Of a DNA stretch of 64,000 nt, positions 1-8,492 are shown in pieces. Both the position numbers and the translations under genes were made by a program. How positions within the stretch are numbered: the stretch's first letter is position 1; the number at the start of each line of letters is the position of its first letter. Origin of the DNA: an uncultured Chloroflexia bacterium (lineage in GTDB: Bacteria > Chloroflexota > Anaerolineae > Anaerolineales > E44-bin32); assembly GCA_963797485.1 (NCBI GenBank), contig CAWCPF010000002.1, positions 223,217 through 287,216 of the forward strand. The letters run 5' to 3'. The notes under the pieces are model-generated. The model had not been told where the DNA came from. It was given only the letters and a program-made list of their open reading frames with translations, and searched no databases.

Positions 1-1415
1 AGCTTCTCGCCCGGCTGCCGTTCGCCGCCGCCAGTCTGCTGGCCGTGGTCTGCTTCTTCGTCCTGGCCTGGCGGCTGTTTGATTTCACAACGGGGGTTTA
101 CGCGGCTCTGCTCCTGGCCACCCACGGGCTGTTTGTGGCCTTCGGGCGAATCGTCCAGTACCAGTCGCTTGTGGTGCTGGGGGTTACGGCCAGCCTGATG
201 GCGATGACCCTGGCGTTGAAGGCGCCGCGCTGGCGCGTGGCCGGTCTGTACCTGGCTTTCACCGCCGCGGCGGCCGGCATCCTGGCGCACTTCGACGCCG
301 TCTTCGTCCTGCCTCCCCTGGGCGTGTTGACCTACAGTTGGTGGAAAATGGCCAGGCGGCAACCCGACTTCAACCGCCTTCGCTTTCATCTGGTGGCCGC
401 CTTGGGTCTGTTCCTGCTGCTCATCCTGGGTTTCTACGTGGAATATGTCATTCGCCTGAGGCCCAGCTTGCTGAATTACTGGGGCAGCCGGTTTGCCGGT
501 CCAACTACCAACACGCTGCGTATGCTCGAGTTCTACCTGCCTTCCCCTGTGGTCTGGCTCACCCTGGCGCTCGGTTGTTACGGGCTGTTCCAGATCCGCC
601 GGAACCTTGCCGGCCAGGCGCTCCTGGCATGGCTGCTCCCGCCGCTGGCATTTATGGAACTGATCTTCAAGGATTCACGCACTCATGCCTACACTTACGT
701 GCTGCCAGCCTTGCTTGTCGCCGGGTTGGGGGTCAAGGGGGTCATCGAGTGGGCGGAACGGCGCGCCGGACCCCGCGGTCGCCTGGCGGCGAACGTGGGT
801 GGGTTGGTCGTGGTCTTGCTGGCCGCATACGGGAGTTTTGCCGTGCTGATCGACCACCACCCCGAGTATCCGTGGCAGCCCAAGCGCGTGTTGGGCGTCG
901 AGATGAGCGGAGGCAACCTGACCGGCACTTTCGGGTTCCCATACGCCCGGGGATGGCGGCAGATTGGCGCCTGGTTTGATTCCCTCGGGGAGCAACCCGT
1001 GACGGTCGTCACCAACGAGAAACCGGAAATCGCCGGCTTCTACCTGCCCCCCATCGACCCTATCCGGTACTCCAGCCTGGATGCACCCGAAGCCCCGCCT
1101 CAAGAGGTGGCGGTCTACGTCCTGCAGGTGGAGGGGCCGCAGAGCTGGTTCGACCGTCTTTGGGGGTGGCCGTTGAAAAGGTGGATCACCGAGATCGCAC
1201 CGATCAAGGTCTTTGTTGATGACCAGGGCCAACCGACAGCCTGGGTCTGGCTCTTGAACTCGGGATCAGATCACAAGCCTTTTTTATGCAACCCCATAGG
1301 TCTCCGTACCAGCCGGCCGGCTGCATGCGTCGCGCATCTGGGACCGTCGAGGCGTTTCCATGGTGAACGTTGGATGGCTGGGCAGCCTGCGCCGGAACAA
1401 GATTGCGGGTGTTGA
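1..1415 (+). CDS. GT-C fold membrane glycosyltransferase (family 39 / ArnT-PMT-like), tandem paralog 1, 5' partial
   Basis: The frame is open from the window edge (LLARLPFAAASLLAVVCFF...). Many TM helices are followed by a soluble tail with DHHPEYPWQPK..FGFPY..W..IGAWF..VVTNEKP, shared with paralogs 2 and 3. The tail after AWVWLL diverges and overlaps the next gene, so the stop position is uncertain. Confidence 0.6.
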   Translation, partial: LLARLPFAAASLLAVVCFFVLAWRLFDFTTGVYAALLLATHGLFVAFGRIVQYQSLVVLGVTASLMAMTLALKAPRWRVAGLYLAFTAAAAGILAHFDAVFVLPPLGVLTYSWWKMARRQPDFNRLRFHLVAALGLFLLLILGFYVEYVIRLRPSLLNYWGSRFAGPTTNTLRMLEFYLPSPVVWLTLALGCYGLFQIRRNLAGQALLAWLLPPLAFMELIFKDSRTHAYTYVLPALLVAGLGVKGVIEWAERRAGPRGRLAANVGGLVVVLLAAYGSFAVLIDHHPEYPWQPKRVLGVEMSGGNLTGTFGFPYARGWRQIGAWFDSLGEQPVTVVTNEKPEIAGFYLPPIDPIRYSSLDAPEAPPQEVAVYVLQVEGPQSWFDRLWGWPLKRWITEIAPIKVFVDDQGQPTAWVWLLNSGSDHKPFLCNPIGLRTSRPAACVAHLGPSRRFHGERWMAGQPAPEQDCGC

Positions 1416-2916
1416 GGTCGCGTTGGTCATTGGGATGGCGGCCGTTCTGAGGTTTGTCCATCTCGGGTACTCCAATTTCCAGGGCGACGAAATCAGCACC
1501 ATCTGCCGACTTTCGAATTTCCCAACACTGGTGAAGTTCCTGGGCTACCTTCTGGGACAGCAAAAGGGCCCCGTCGAATACGTCGTCCCGTGCGCCATCG
1601 GCCTAATCGATCCGGCCTTCTCGAGTGAACTGGCGCTGCGTCTGCCATCGGCGATCGCCAGTCTGGTGTCGGTCGCTTCTTCTTCATCCTCGCCCAGCGT
1701 CTGTTCAACCGGCAAACCGCCATCTACGCGGGCCTTGTTGGTGGCGACCAACGGGATGTTCGTCGGCCAGGCACGTTTCGCGCAGTACCAGGCCTTCGTC
1801 CAACTCGGGGTTACGGCCAGCCTGATGGGGCTGATCCTTTCCGTGCAGGATGTACGTTGGCGAACCGCGGGGCTGTATCTGGCGGCCTTGGCGGCCGCCG
1901 GGGCGTTGCTCGCTCATTTCGATGGCGCCTGGGTTGTGCCTCCGCTCGGGATAATCGCGCTCCAGTGGTGGCGGCGCTGGCGTGAGGCCCCGATCTTTCC
2001 CCGCCTGAGGGCCCATTTGCTCGGGGCCGGCACGTTGTACGCTTTGCTCGTCCTGGGGTTCTACGTCGAATATATCCGCCGGTTGGGACCGCACCAGCTT
2101 GATTACTGGTCCCAGCGCTTCGCGGGCAGCGCCACCAACACGCTGCACTTCTTTCAGTTCTACAATCCTGGCTCGGCCATTTGGGTATATGCGATGGCCG
2201 TCATCCTGGCCATTCCCCGGGTTCGGCCGAACGCCAGCTGGCTCATGGCCCTGGCCTGGTTGGTCCCACCCCTACTCTTCATTGAGCTGGTGTTCAAGGA
2301 TTTTCGCGCTTCTGCCTACGATTACATCCTCCCGCTTTGCCTGGTCGCCGGGATCGGGTTGGACTCGCTAGTCGTGTGGGTCAAGGCAAAATGGCGCCCT
2401 GCCTGGAGCTGGGCAGCCCAGGGCATGATCTTGGCTGTGCTTCTGGCGCTTGGTCATGTGACCTTCGAGCTGCTGGTCGACCACAACCCGGAATACCCAT
2501 GGGAGCCCAAGACGATTGCCGGGATGACGGTCCCCGGAGGGAATTTCAATGGCTTCTTCGGGTTGCCCTACAACCGGGATTGGCGGGCGATCGGAGATTG
2601 GTTCGACGGTCTGCCCGGCGACGGCCAGGTGGTGGTCACCAATGAAAAGCTTGCCATCGCCATGTTCTACCTGCCGGACGATGTGCGCTTCAAATACATC
2701 TGGCGCGACGCGCCCGACAGCCTACCGGAAGACCCGGCGCTCTACTTCCTGGTCATCGACCGCCCCCAGAGTTGGATCGACCAGGTCTGGGGGAGAACGG
2801 CCACAGGCTGGCAGGCGTTGTTCACACCGGCTGAGATCTTCTACAGCGAATCGGGCACGCCGGTGGCCTGGGTTTATCGTTTGGACCACGCTCAGCTCAG
2901 CCAATTGCTCCGGTAA
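1360..2916 (+). CDS. GT-C fold membrane glycosyltransferase (family 39-like), tandem paralog 2
   Basis: 518-aa ORF with the N-terminal loop motif LRFVHLGYSNFQGDEI, multiple TM segments and the same C-terminal motif set as its neighbours. A ~20-aa stretch (SVASSSSSPSVCSTGKPPSTRA) is out of register, while another frame reads FFFILAQRLFNRQTAIYAGL like the paralogs. This indicates a compensated indel pair near 1675 and 1735. Confidence 0.65.
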   Translation: MVNVGWLGSLRRNKIAGVEVALVIGMAAVLRFVHLGYSNFQGDEISTICRLSNFPTLVKFLGYLLGQQKGPVEYVVPCAIGLIDPAFSSELALRLPSAIASLVSVASSSSSPSVCSTGKPPSTRALLVATNGMFVGQARFAQYQAFVQLGVTASLMGLILSVQDVRWRTAGLYLAALAAAGALLAHFDGAWVVPPLGIIALQWWRRWREAPIFPRLRAHLLGAGTLYALLVLGFYVEYIRRLGPHQLDYWSQRFAGSATNTLHFFQFYNPGSAIWVYAMAVILAIPRVRPNASWLMALAWLVPPLLFIELVFKDFRASAYDYILPLCLVAGIGLDSLVVWVKAKWRPAWSWAAQGMILAVLLALGHVTFELLVDHNPEYPWEPKTIAGMTVPGGNFNGFFGLPYNRDWRAIGDWFDGLPGDGQVVVTNEKLAIAMFYLPDDVRFKYIWRDAPDSLPEDPALYFLVIDRPQSWIDQVWGRTATGWQALFTPAEIFYSESGTPVAWVYRLDHAQLSQLLR

Positions 2917-3038
2917 CCGGGCAGACTAGGCGCCAGTCGAGGGGTTGTTGGACACCTATGAGTTTCTACGCGCAAGCTCGAGCTTGAGACCAACAGCGGG
3001 CGAACAAGATAGCCGACAGCGTTGGGAGGGAATGCGGC

Positions 3039-3182
3039 ATGGGAAGACCGATACCCTTCGAACTGGGGGTCAAGAATCCTGAACGCGGCCTCAGATTTCT
3101 ATGCCCGGGTCTTTGGCTGGAAGGTCGAGAAATGGGGAGGGGACTTCCCTTACTGGCTGATCACGACGGGTGAGAAGGAGAC
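3039..3182 (+). pseudogene. VOC/glyoxalase-family protein, N-terminal fragment (internal frameshift near 3085)
   Basis: GGGAGGG lies 8 nt upstream of ATG 3039. Two frames together read MGRPIPFELGVKNPER / SDFYARVFGWKVEKWGGDFPYWLITTGEKE, typical of the first beta-alpha-beta-beta-beta module of VOC proteins. Homology stops abruptly at 3183, where a 50-bp copy of glycosyltransferase sequence begins. Confidence 0.6.
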
Positions 3183-3232
3183 TCCGGCACCCACGCCTAC
3201 ACCTACTTCATGCCATTGCTCATGCTCGGCGG
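3183..3232 (+). repeat. 50-bp exact direct repeat, copy 1 (glycosyltransferase-derived, at the VOC breakpoint)
   Basis: tccggcacccacgcctacacctacttcatgccattgctcatgctcggcgg is identical to 4326-4375. Confidence 0.95.
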
Positions 3233-3360
3233 CAGCGACCCAGACCGTATTCGTGGCTACACCTTCCCTTTTCGAGCCGTACCTGCTATCTTGCAAGCTG
3301 ACCGGGAGGGAGAGGCGGCGAGTGGACTGATCTGCATCCAGAAGCGATGCCCCGGGTGCG

Positions 3361-4940
3361 ATGTCATCCTGCTCGAACCTGAAACGAATGATCCGTCGTG
3401 TTTTCGAATCCATTCGCGCTCGACCTTTGCTCAGCCTCGAACTGGCGGCCTTGCTGGCCGGCGCCCTGATCCTTCGATTCACGGACCTGGGCTATTCCAA
3501 CCTGCAGGGCGATGAGATCAAGGCCCTATGTTCGCCCCGGAGTTTCAAATCGATCGTCGGGTTCCTGGCCTTCCTGCTCGCCCAGCGCAAGGGCCCGGTC
3601 GAGTTCATCGTCACTTGCGCAGTTGGCCTGATCGATCCCGCGTTCTCGAGCGAGCTTTTTCTCAGGTTGCCGTTCGCCGTTGCGAATCTGCTCTCGCTGG
3701 CCTGCCTTTTCGTTGTTGCTTGGCGACTGTTTAGCCGCCCTGCGGCCATCTACAGCACTTTCCTGATAGCGGCCAACGGTGTCTTCGTAGCCTTTGGCCG
3801 TTTCGTTCAATACCAGTCCTTCGTCATGCTGGGCGTCTCTGCAAGCCTGATGGCTCTGATCCTGGCCGTCGAACGGGACCGCTGGCGCATCCCTGGGCTC
3901 TATCTGGGGTTTGCCGCCGCGGCCTGCGGCCTGCTTGCCCATTTCGATGCCGCGTTCGTTCTGCCTCCCATGGCCGTGCTGACGGCTCATTGGTGGCTCC
4001 GGGCACGCCGCCGCCCGGACGCCCGCCGGTTGACTTGGCATCTTGTGGGCGCAGGGGCGCTCTTCTTGATTTTGGTGTTCAGCTTCTACGTCGAGTACGC
4101 ACGCCATTTGGGAGCTTTCCAATTCGACTACTGGCAGAAGCGATTCACCGGAGCTGCAACCGACACATTGCGAATAGCACTCTACTACGACCCGGCTCCG
4201 GTTGTCTGGTTCAGCTTGGCCGTTGCCGGCTTAGGGTGTCTTCGATTCCGTTGGAACCTGGGTTGGCAAACGCTTCTGGCCTGGCTATACCGCCGCTGCT
4301 CTTCATGGAGCTACTCTTACGAGATTCCGGCACCCACGCCTACACCTACTTCATGCCATTGCTCATGCTCGGCGGAATCGGCTTGGAAGGGACCGTGTTG
4401 TGGATCAAACGCAGTTTTGGGGGACGGGCATTTGGCATAGCTCGGGCAATGGTGCTGGCGATGCTGCTCGTCAACCTGTTTGCCAGCTATTCGCTCTTCG
4501 TCGACCACGCGCCCGAGTACCCTTGGCAGCCGAAATCTGTTCTCGGCACGAACATGCCGGGCGGCGGCCCCATGAATACGTTTGGTTTTCCCTACAACCG
4601 AGATTGGCGTGCCATCGGCGCATGGTTCGCCGCCCTGCCGAGCCAGAACAAGATCGTGGTCACCAACGAAAAACCGGTGATCGCCGCCTTCTACCTCCCC
4701 AGCAGTATGCACTACCAGTACGAGTGGAGCGAAACACCCGACCAGTTGCCTAACTCCAGGGGCCTCTATTTCTTGGTGGTCGAATACCCTCAGAGCTGGC
4801 AGAACCAACTGTGGGGTTGGTCCGTTCCCCAGTGGCGGGACAAACTCACCCCCACACAGTCCTTCTACAATCCCCAAGGGCAACCTGTGGCCTGGGTCTA
4901 CTTCCTGACCAAGGAACAGCGCGCCCAACTCTTCCGCTGA
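3361..4940 (+). CDS. GT-C fold membrane glycosyltransferase (family 39-like), tandem paralog 3, apparent frameshift near 4288
   Basis: ORFs 3361-4440 and 3990-4940 join as ...LGWQTLLAWL / IPPLLFMELLLRDSGTHAYTYFMPLL..., colinear with paralog 1 (LAWLLPPLAFMELIFKDSRTHAYTY). The start may be the internal Met near 3388. Confidence 0.6.
4326..4375 (+). repeat. 50-bp exact direct repeat, copy 2 (in its native coding context, DSGTHAYTYFMPLLMLGG)
   Basis: Identical to 3183-3232. It lies ~35 nt downstream of the frameshift in paralog 3. Confidence 0.95.
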
Positions 4941-5020
4941 CCATTTTGGCAGGACCTGTCGATTTCTTCCTGTCCCGTTCGTTACCCCTTTGAAACTCGA
5001 TCCCGGCCGGAAGCAAACCG

Positions 5021-5499
5021 ATGGAACCCGTCATCCACCATCAGGTGCGTCTCGCCTGCAGAGCCCAGTCTGCCTTCGAGCACTTCACCCGTGGCGATCT
5101 GCTTGTGAGAATTCCTCACGAATGAGGCCGAAGTCGATCCCGATGTCGGCGGCAAGTACGAGCTGGCCTGGGATCCCGATAACAAACCTCAGGACAGCAC
5201 CGTCGGCTGCCGTAGCACCGCCTTGGCCGACGGCGAGTTGGTGGCGTTCGATTGGAAAGGACCGACGGCGTTCGACGCCGTCATGAACCACGCCCGGCCC
5301 CTGACCCATGTGGTCGTGGCCTATCACCAGCTGGAGGACAGCCCCGCCGCGGCCTGCGACGTAAACCTCATCCATTCAGGCCTGGCGGCCGGGTCCCGGA
5401 TGGGCCGATGCCAGAGCTTATTTCGACCATGCCTGGCAGCAGGTGTTCGAAGCGCTGGCCCAGCTGGTGTCCGCCCCCACGTTGCCTTCTCAACTTTGA
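5021..5499 (+). CDS. SRPBCC/AHSA1-like (START-fold) protein, at least two apparent frameshifts
   Basis: Three frames read MEPVIHHQVRLACRAQSAFEHFT..., then EFLTNEAEVDPDVGGKYELAWDPDNKPQDSTVGC...DWKGPTAFDAV...LIHSG, then WRPGPGWADARAYFDHAWQQVFEALAQLV..., with a stop at 5497-5499. The shifts lie near 5105 and 5385. Confidence 0.5.
5103..5122. promoter_or_regulatory. CRP/FNR-type palindrome variant, TTGTGA-gaattcc-TCACGAA (7-nt spacer)
   Basis: Read directly from the sequence. It lies inside the SRPBCC gene at the site of its first frameshift. Confidence 0.35.
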
Positions 5500-5689
5500 G
5501 CCGCGATCGAGGCGAAAGGAGAACCCATGCTGTACGCGTCTCGATGCCACGTTCATCCAGATCCACGCCCACGGGGGAACCATCGTCTCACCCAAGCACG
5601 CAGTCCCAGATGTCGGCTGGGTCGCCTACTGCCTTGACACGGAAGGCAACCGCTTCGGGATGATGCAGACAGATCCAAGCGTCAGTTGA
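5500..5689 (+). pseudogene. VOC/glyoxalase-family protein, C-terminal fragment (frameshift near 5545)
   Basis: AAIEAKGEPMLYA / LDATFIQIHAHGGTIVSPKHAVPDVGWVAYCLDTEGNRFGMMQTDPSVS matches the second VOC module. It starts immediately after the SRPBCC stop codon. Confidence 0.6.
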
Positions 5690-6503
5690 GGTTCCGGGCT
5701 GAGGGTTCGGCGGGCATCTGCATCTTCCCCGCTGGCAGAGCCGATCCTGCCTGCCCTACCCCGGCCGAGGCCGGAACAGCTTGTTTCGGCCGGCGCGCGG
5801 CAGTCCTGTCGGGCAGCAAGCCGGATAGCGTTCGATAAAGGGTCAGAAACAGCACGCTTCCACCGGCAAACCAGTACATGCGCTGAACCCACACGGATGG
5901 GCTGTCGGTGCCGCTCCACATGCCATGCGCCAGGGCGCCGACAAAGGCCACGAAGCTCAGGATGTGGATCAGGCGCCACAGCCTGGGACCGAGCGACTTT
6001 CTCATGTAGAAGCTCAGGCTGACAACGATCAGGGCGTAGAAGCCCAACTGGCCCACGCCAACCCACACGGGCTTGTAATTGACGCTTCCAAACGGCATCA
6101 TCACCTGGACGAGGCTGTAATCGATGAAGCGATCTCCGGTCAGGATTAGCGCGTGGAACAGGGCGACGGCCAGCCCGAGCAGGCTGGTGAATTGATGCAG
6201 ATCGAAGGCCGTAGGCCCTCCCGGCCACAACCGCGCCAGCCGATTGCTGATCATGGCCCCGAAGACCGTAGAAGCCCACAGCAGGCCGAAGGCCACGAAG
6301 GCACTCGAACGGGACAAGTACCAATAGGCCTTGGGCGATTGACCGAAGAGTGAAAGCGCCAGGTTCGGGGCCCAGGTCGGCAGGACGCTGACAGCCACGA
6401 AGGCGCCAAGCACTACCGAGAGGAAAAGCACCAGCACGGCCCCCATGGGCAGCGCGGCTTCATAGATTTCTCCCCCTTCGTGTCCCGTGTCATTGCGAGG
6501 CAT
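5682..6503 (-). CDS. ferric-reductase-like transmembrane domain protein (MsrQ/FRD family)
   Basis: 273 aa with ~6 TM helices and conserved His residues (LHQFTSLLGLAVALFHALI, IHILSFVAFVGALAHGMW), typical of di-heme FRD domains. Confidence 0.7.
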   Translation of the reverse strand: MPRNDTGHEGGEIYEAALPMGAVLVLFLSVVLGAFVAVSVLPTWAPNLALSLFGQSPKAYWYLSRSSAFVAFGLLWASTVFGAMISNRLARLWPGGPTAFDLHQFTSLLGLAVALFHALILTGDRFIDYSLVQVMMPFGSVNYKPVWVGVGQLGFYALIVVSLSFYMRKSLGPRLWRLIHILSFVAFVGALAHGMWSGTDSPSVWVQRMYWFAGGSVLFLTLYRTLSGLLPDRTAARRPKQAVPASAGVGQAGSALPAGKMQMPAEPSARNLN

Positions 6504-6509
6504 CGTCGG

Positions 6510-7436
6510 TTAGCTCCACAGGTAGTTGTCCAGATTGAGGCTCACGTCCATCTGCCCATCCTCCCGGACCAAGAGACCGGCCAGGTGAGGCCGCCGATCG
6601 AGCCAGGCCAGGCCGGCACGCGCACCCTGGATCAGCACCGCCTTGGCGGCCGCCTCGGCCTCCAAAGCGGATGGCGCCAACACAGTGGCAGTGAGCACAT
6701 CCGTCGCCGCCGGGCGCCGGGTCTGGGGATCCAGGATGTGGTGCATTTCAATCCCGTCGCGCTTCCAATGCCGGAAGTCACGGCCGGAGGTGGCCACACC
6801 GCCGTGTTTGAGCGCCAGCATCGCCAGCGGGCGGGTTCCTTTCGGGCGCGGATCGGTGATCGCCACCGGCCATGCCCACCCTCGGCTGGGCGGCCCGCTG
6901 ACGGCAATGTCCCCGCCGGCGTCCACCAGCACCGGGCCGTAGTGGCTGAGGCGCTGAGCGGCTCGGTCCGCCGCCCAGCCCTTTCCCACGCCACCCAAAT
7001 CGATGTGCACGCCTGAAGGAAGCTCTACCAGCTCTAGATCGAGGTCACAGCGGATGTCCCACCATCCGCCGGCAGCGGAGCCAGCGACGGCCCCGACCCC
7101 AGCAAGCTGCTGTGTCTCCAGGTGCTCGAATGAGCGATCATAGCCGATGGCGAGCATGGCATCCCTGAGCGTCGGATCGACCAGGCCTTCGGTCGCACGC
7201 GCCGCCTCCAGGCTGGCGGCGATGACTTCGCACAACTCGGGGCTGACTCGGACCGGTGATCCCGACTGCTCGTTGAGGCGGTTCAGTTCGCTGTCCGGAC
7301 GAAAGCGGCTCATGCACTGCTCCCACGCCTCGAACCAGGATGGGACCTGAAGGAGCGCCTCACGGGCCGGGGTGCGGGGGGCATCCAGCACCGCCCGCAT
7401 CGACGAGCCCATGGCTCGGAAGTCGATTTCTTCCAT
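6510..7436 (-). CDS. apbE: FAD:protein FMN transferase (ApbE family)
   Basis: MEEIDFRAMGSSMRAVL..., SRFRPDSELNRLN, DLGGVGKGWAADRAA, VLVDAGGDIAVSG and HHILDPQTRRP are ApbE hallmarks. I chose Met 7436 (AGGAA 6 nt upstream), not the long low-complexity extension to 7709. Confidence 0.8.
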   Translation of the reverse strand: MEEIDFRAMGSSMRAVLDAPRTPAREALLQVPSWFEAWEQCMSRFRPDSELNRLNEQSGSPVRVSPELCEVIAASLEAARATEGLVDPTLRDAMLAIGYDRSFEHLETQQLAGVGAVAGSAAGGWWDIRCDLDLELVELPSGVHIDLGGVGKGWAADRAAQRLSHYGPVLVDAGGDIAVSGPPSRGWAWPVAITDPRPKGTRPLAMLALKHGGVATSGRDFRHWKRDGIEMHHILDPQTRRPAATDVLTATVLAPSALEAEAAAKAVLIQGARAGLAWLDRRPHLAGLLVREDGQMDVSLNLDNYLWS

Positions 7437-7444
7437 GACGGTTC

Positions 7445-7804
7445 CTAACGCGATGAATGTGTTGAGGCAACCGCGTGCGGACGCCCGCCGCCACCGCCAC
7501 CGCCCCCTCCGCCAGGCGGCGGTGCCGACACGTGTCGCAGCACCGGCCCGGGAGCAGGAGCAGGCGCCTCGGCCTGAGCCGCCACCTGGATGTCGGTCAG
7601 GTCCGGTGCTGGGATCAGCGTGGGCAGCGGCGCCAACTCCAACACGATGTCGGTGGGCGGAGAGGTGGTCGGCGTTGGCTCCGGGTTGTCCAGGGTCAGC
7701 TTGGTCCAACCGACGAGCGTCGAGGCCAGCGCGCCGACTGTCAGAAAAGTCTTGGTGGCCGTCAACGTGCCCTTGCCACCGGGTTTGCGGTTTGGTCCAC
7801 TCAT
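7445..7804 (-). CDS. small single-TM, Pro/Thr-rich protein with a poly-Gly tract, unknown function
   Basis: 119-aa ORF with a basic N-terminus, one TM helix (TFLTVGALASTLVGW), a PT-rich linker, G10, and the ending RPHAVASTHSSR. Its stop is 8 nt before the apbE start, so the two are probably co-transcribed. Confidence 0.45.
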   Translation of the reverse strand: MSGPNRKPGGKGTLTATKTFLTVGALASTLVGWTKLTLDNPEPTPTTSPPTDIVLELAPLPTLIPAPDLTDIQVAAQAEAPAPAPGPVLRHVSAPPPGGGGGGGGGGRPHAVASTHSSR

Positions 7805-7859
7805 GATCTATGCCTCTACCTGTAAGGAGCCCTTAAGCTTGCTGATCGGATCACACAGC

Positions 7860-8402
7860 TCAATCATCGTCTTCATGTTCGTGGTCATCTTCCCCATGCG
7901 AGCCGCCGCCTCCCCCACCCGACGAGACGGTATTCGACGCAACGCCGGCGCCGTTGTACAGCAGCACCGCATTGGTGGCATCCAGGTACATCGTGCCGTG
8001 GTCCAGGACGACTTCCCACGCCACCGTGCCCTGGAAATCCACCAGTTCCGGCCAGCGGACCAGCCGGGCGCCGGGCGACAAGTTGAGCGCCAAACCCACA
8101 GCCAGGTCGGCCGAGATGGGATAGGTCTGGCCCGAGCTTTCTTGCGTGGGCGCGGCCTGGGACGCTTCGAGAGTGGCGATCTTCTGATACGCCTGCTCGA
8201 GCTGTTGATTGGCCTGGTCGATCATTTGCTGGTAGGCGGCTTCGCGCTGGTCAATCTGAGCGATCACGGCCGAGTCGACCGAGGCGGAGGTCGGCGTCAC
8301 CGTCCCGCTGTCTGCCGAAGCCCGGCCCGCCACCGCCCCAACGACCACCAGAACAAAGGCTGTCACACCCCCGGCAAACACCAACGTCCATTTGGCATTC
8401 AT
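7860..8402 (-). CDS. PepSY domain-containing membrane-anchored protein with an acidic His/Asp tail
   Basis: Start MNAKWTLVFAGG with GGAGGAG upstream. One TM, a coiled segment, then a PepSY-like ISADLAVGLALNL...VDFQGTVAWEVVLDHGTMYLDA. C-terminus is GGGGGGSHGEDDHEHEDDD. Confidence 0.6.
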   Translation of the reverse strand: MNAKWTLVFAGGVTAFVLVVVGAVAGRASADSGTVTPTSASVDSAVIAQIDQREAAYQQMIDQANQQLEQAYQKIATLEASQAAPTQESSGQTYPISADLAVGLALNLSPGARLVRWPELVDFQGTVAWEVVLDHGTMYLDATNAVLLYNGAGVASNTVSSGGGGGGSHGEDDHEHEDDD

Positions 8403-8474
8403 GTCTACTCTCCTCCAAGGCTGGATACACTCTAATGTCCGCGGCTTGAAAGGCTCTTGGAAGCAGGGCCGGGC

Positions 8475-8492
8475 TTTCCAATCAATTTCCAA
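8475..8492. promoter_or_regulatory. direct repeat TTTCCAA-N4-TTTCCAA (11-bp period) in the divergent PepSY / response-regulator promoter region
   Basis: Read directly from the sequence. An inverted copy CTTGGAA lies at 8456-8462. The 11-bp periodicity is typical of OmpR/PhoB-type binding sites. Confidence 0.35.

Noticed and set aside
6510-7804. The idea that the 119-aa TM/Pro-rich ORF and ApbE form one frameshifted protein, with a TM anchor fused to ApbE.
   Set aside because: The small ORF ends with a clean TAG, followed by AGGAAC and an ATG 8 nt later. The ApbE frame upstream of Met 7436 is Arg/Trp-rich nonsense. I therefore kept them as two genes, though an indel in the G/C-rich run at 7488-7525 cannot be excluded.
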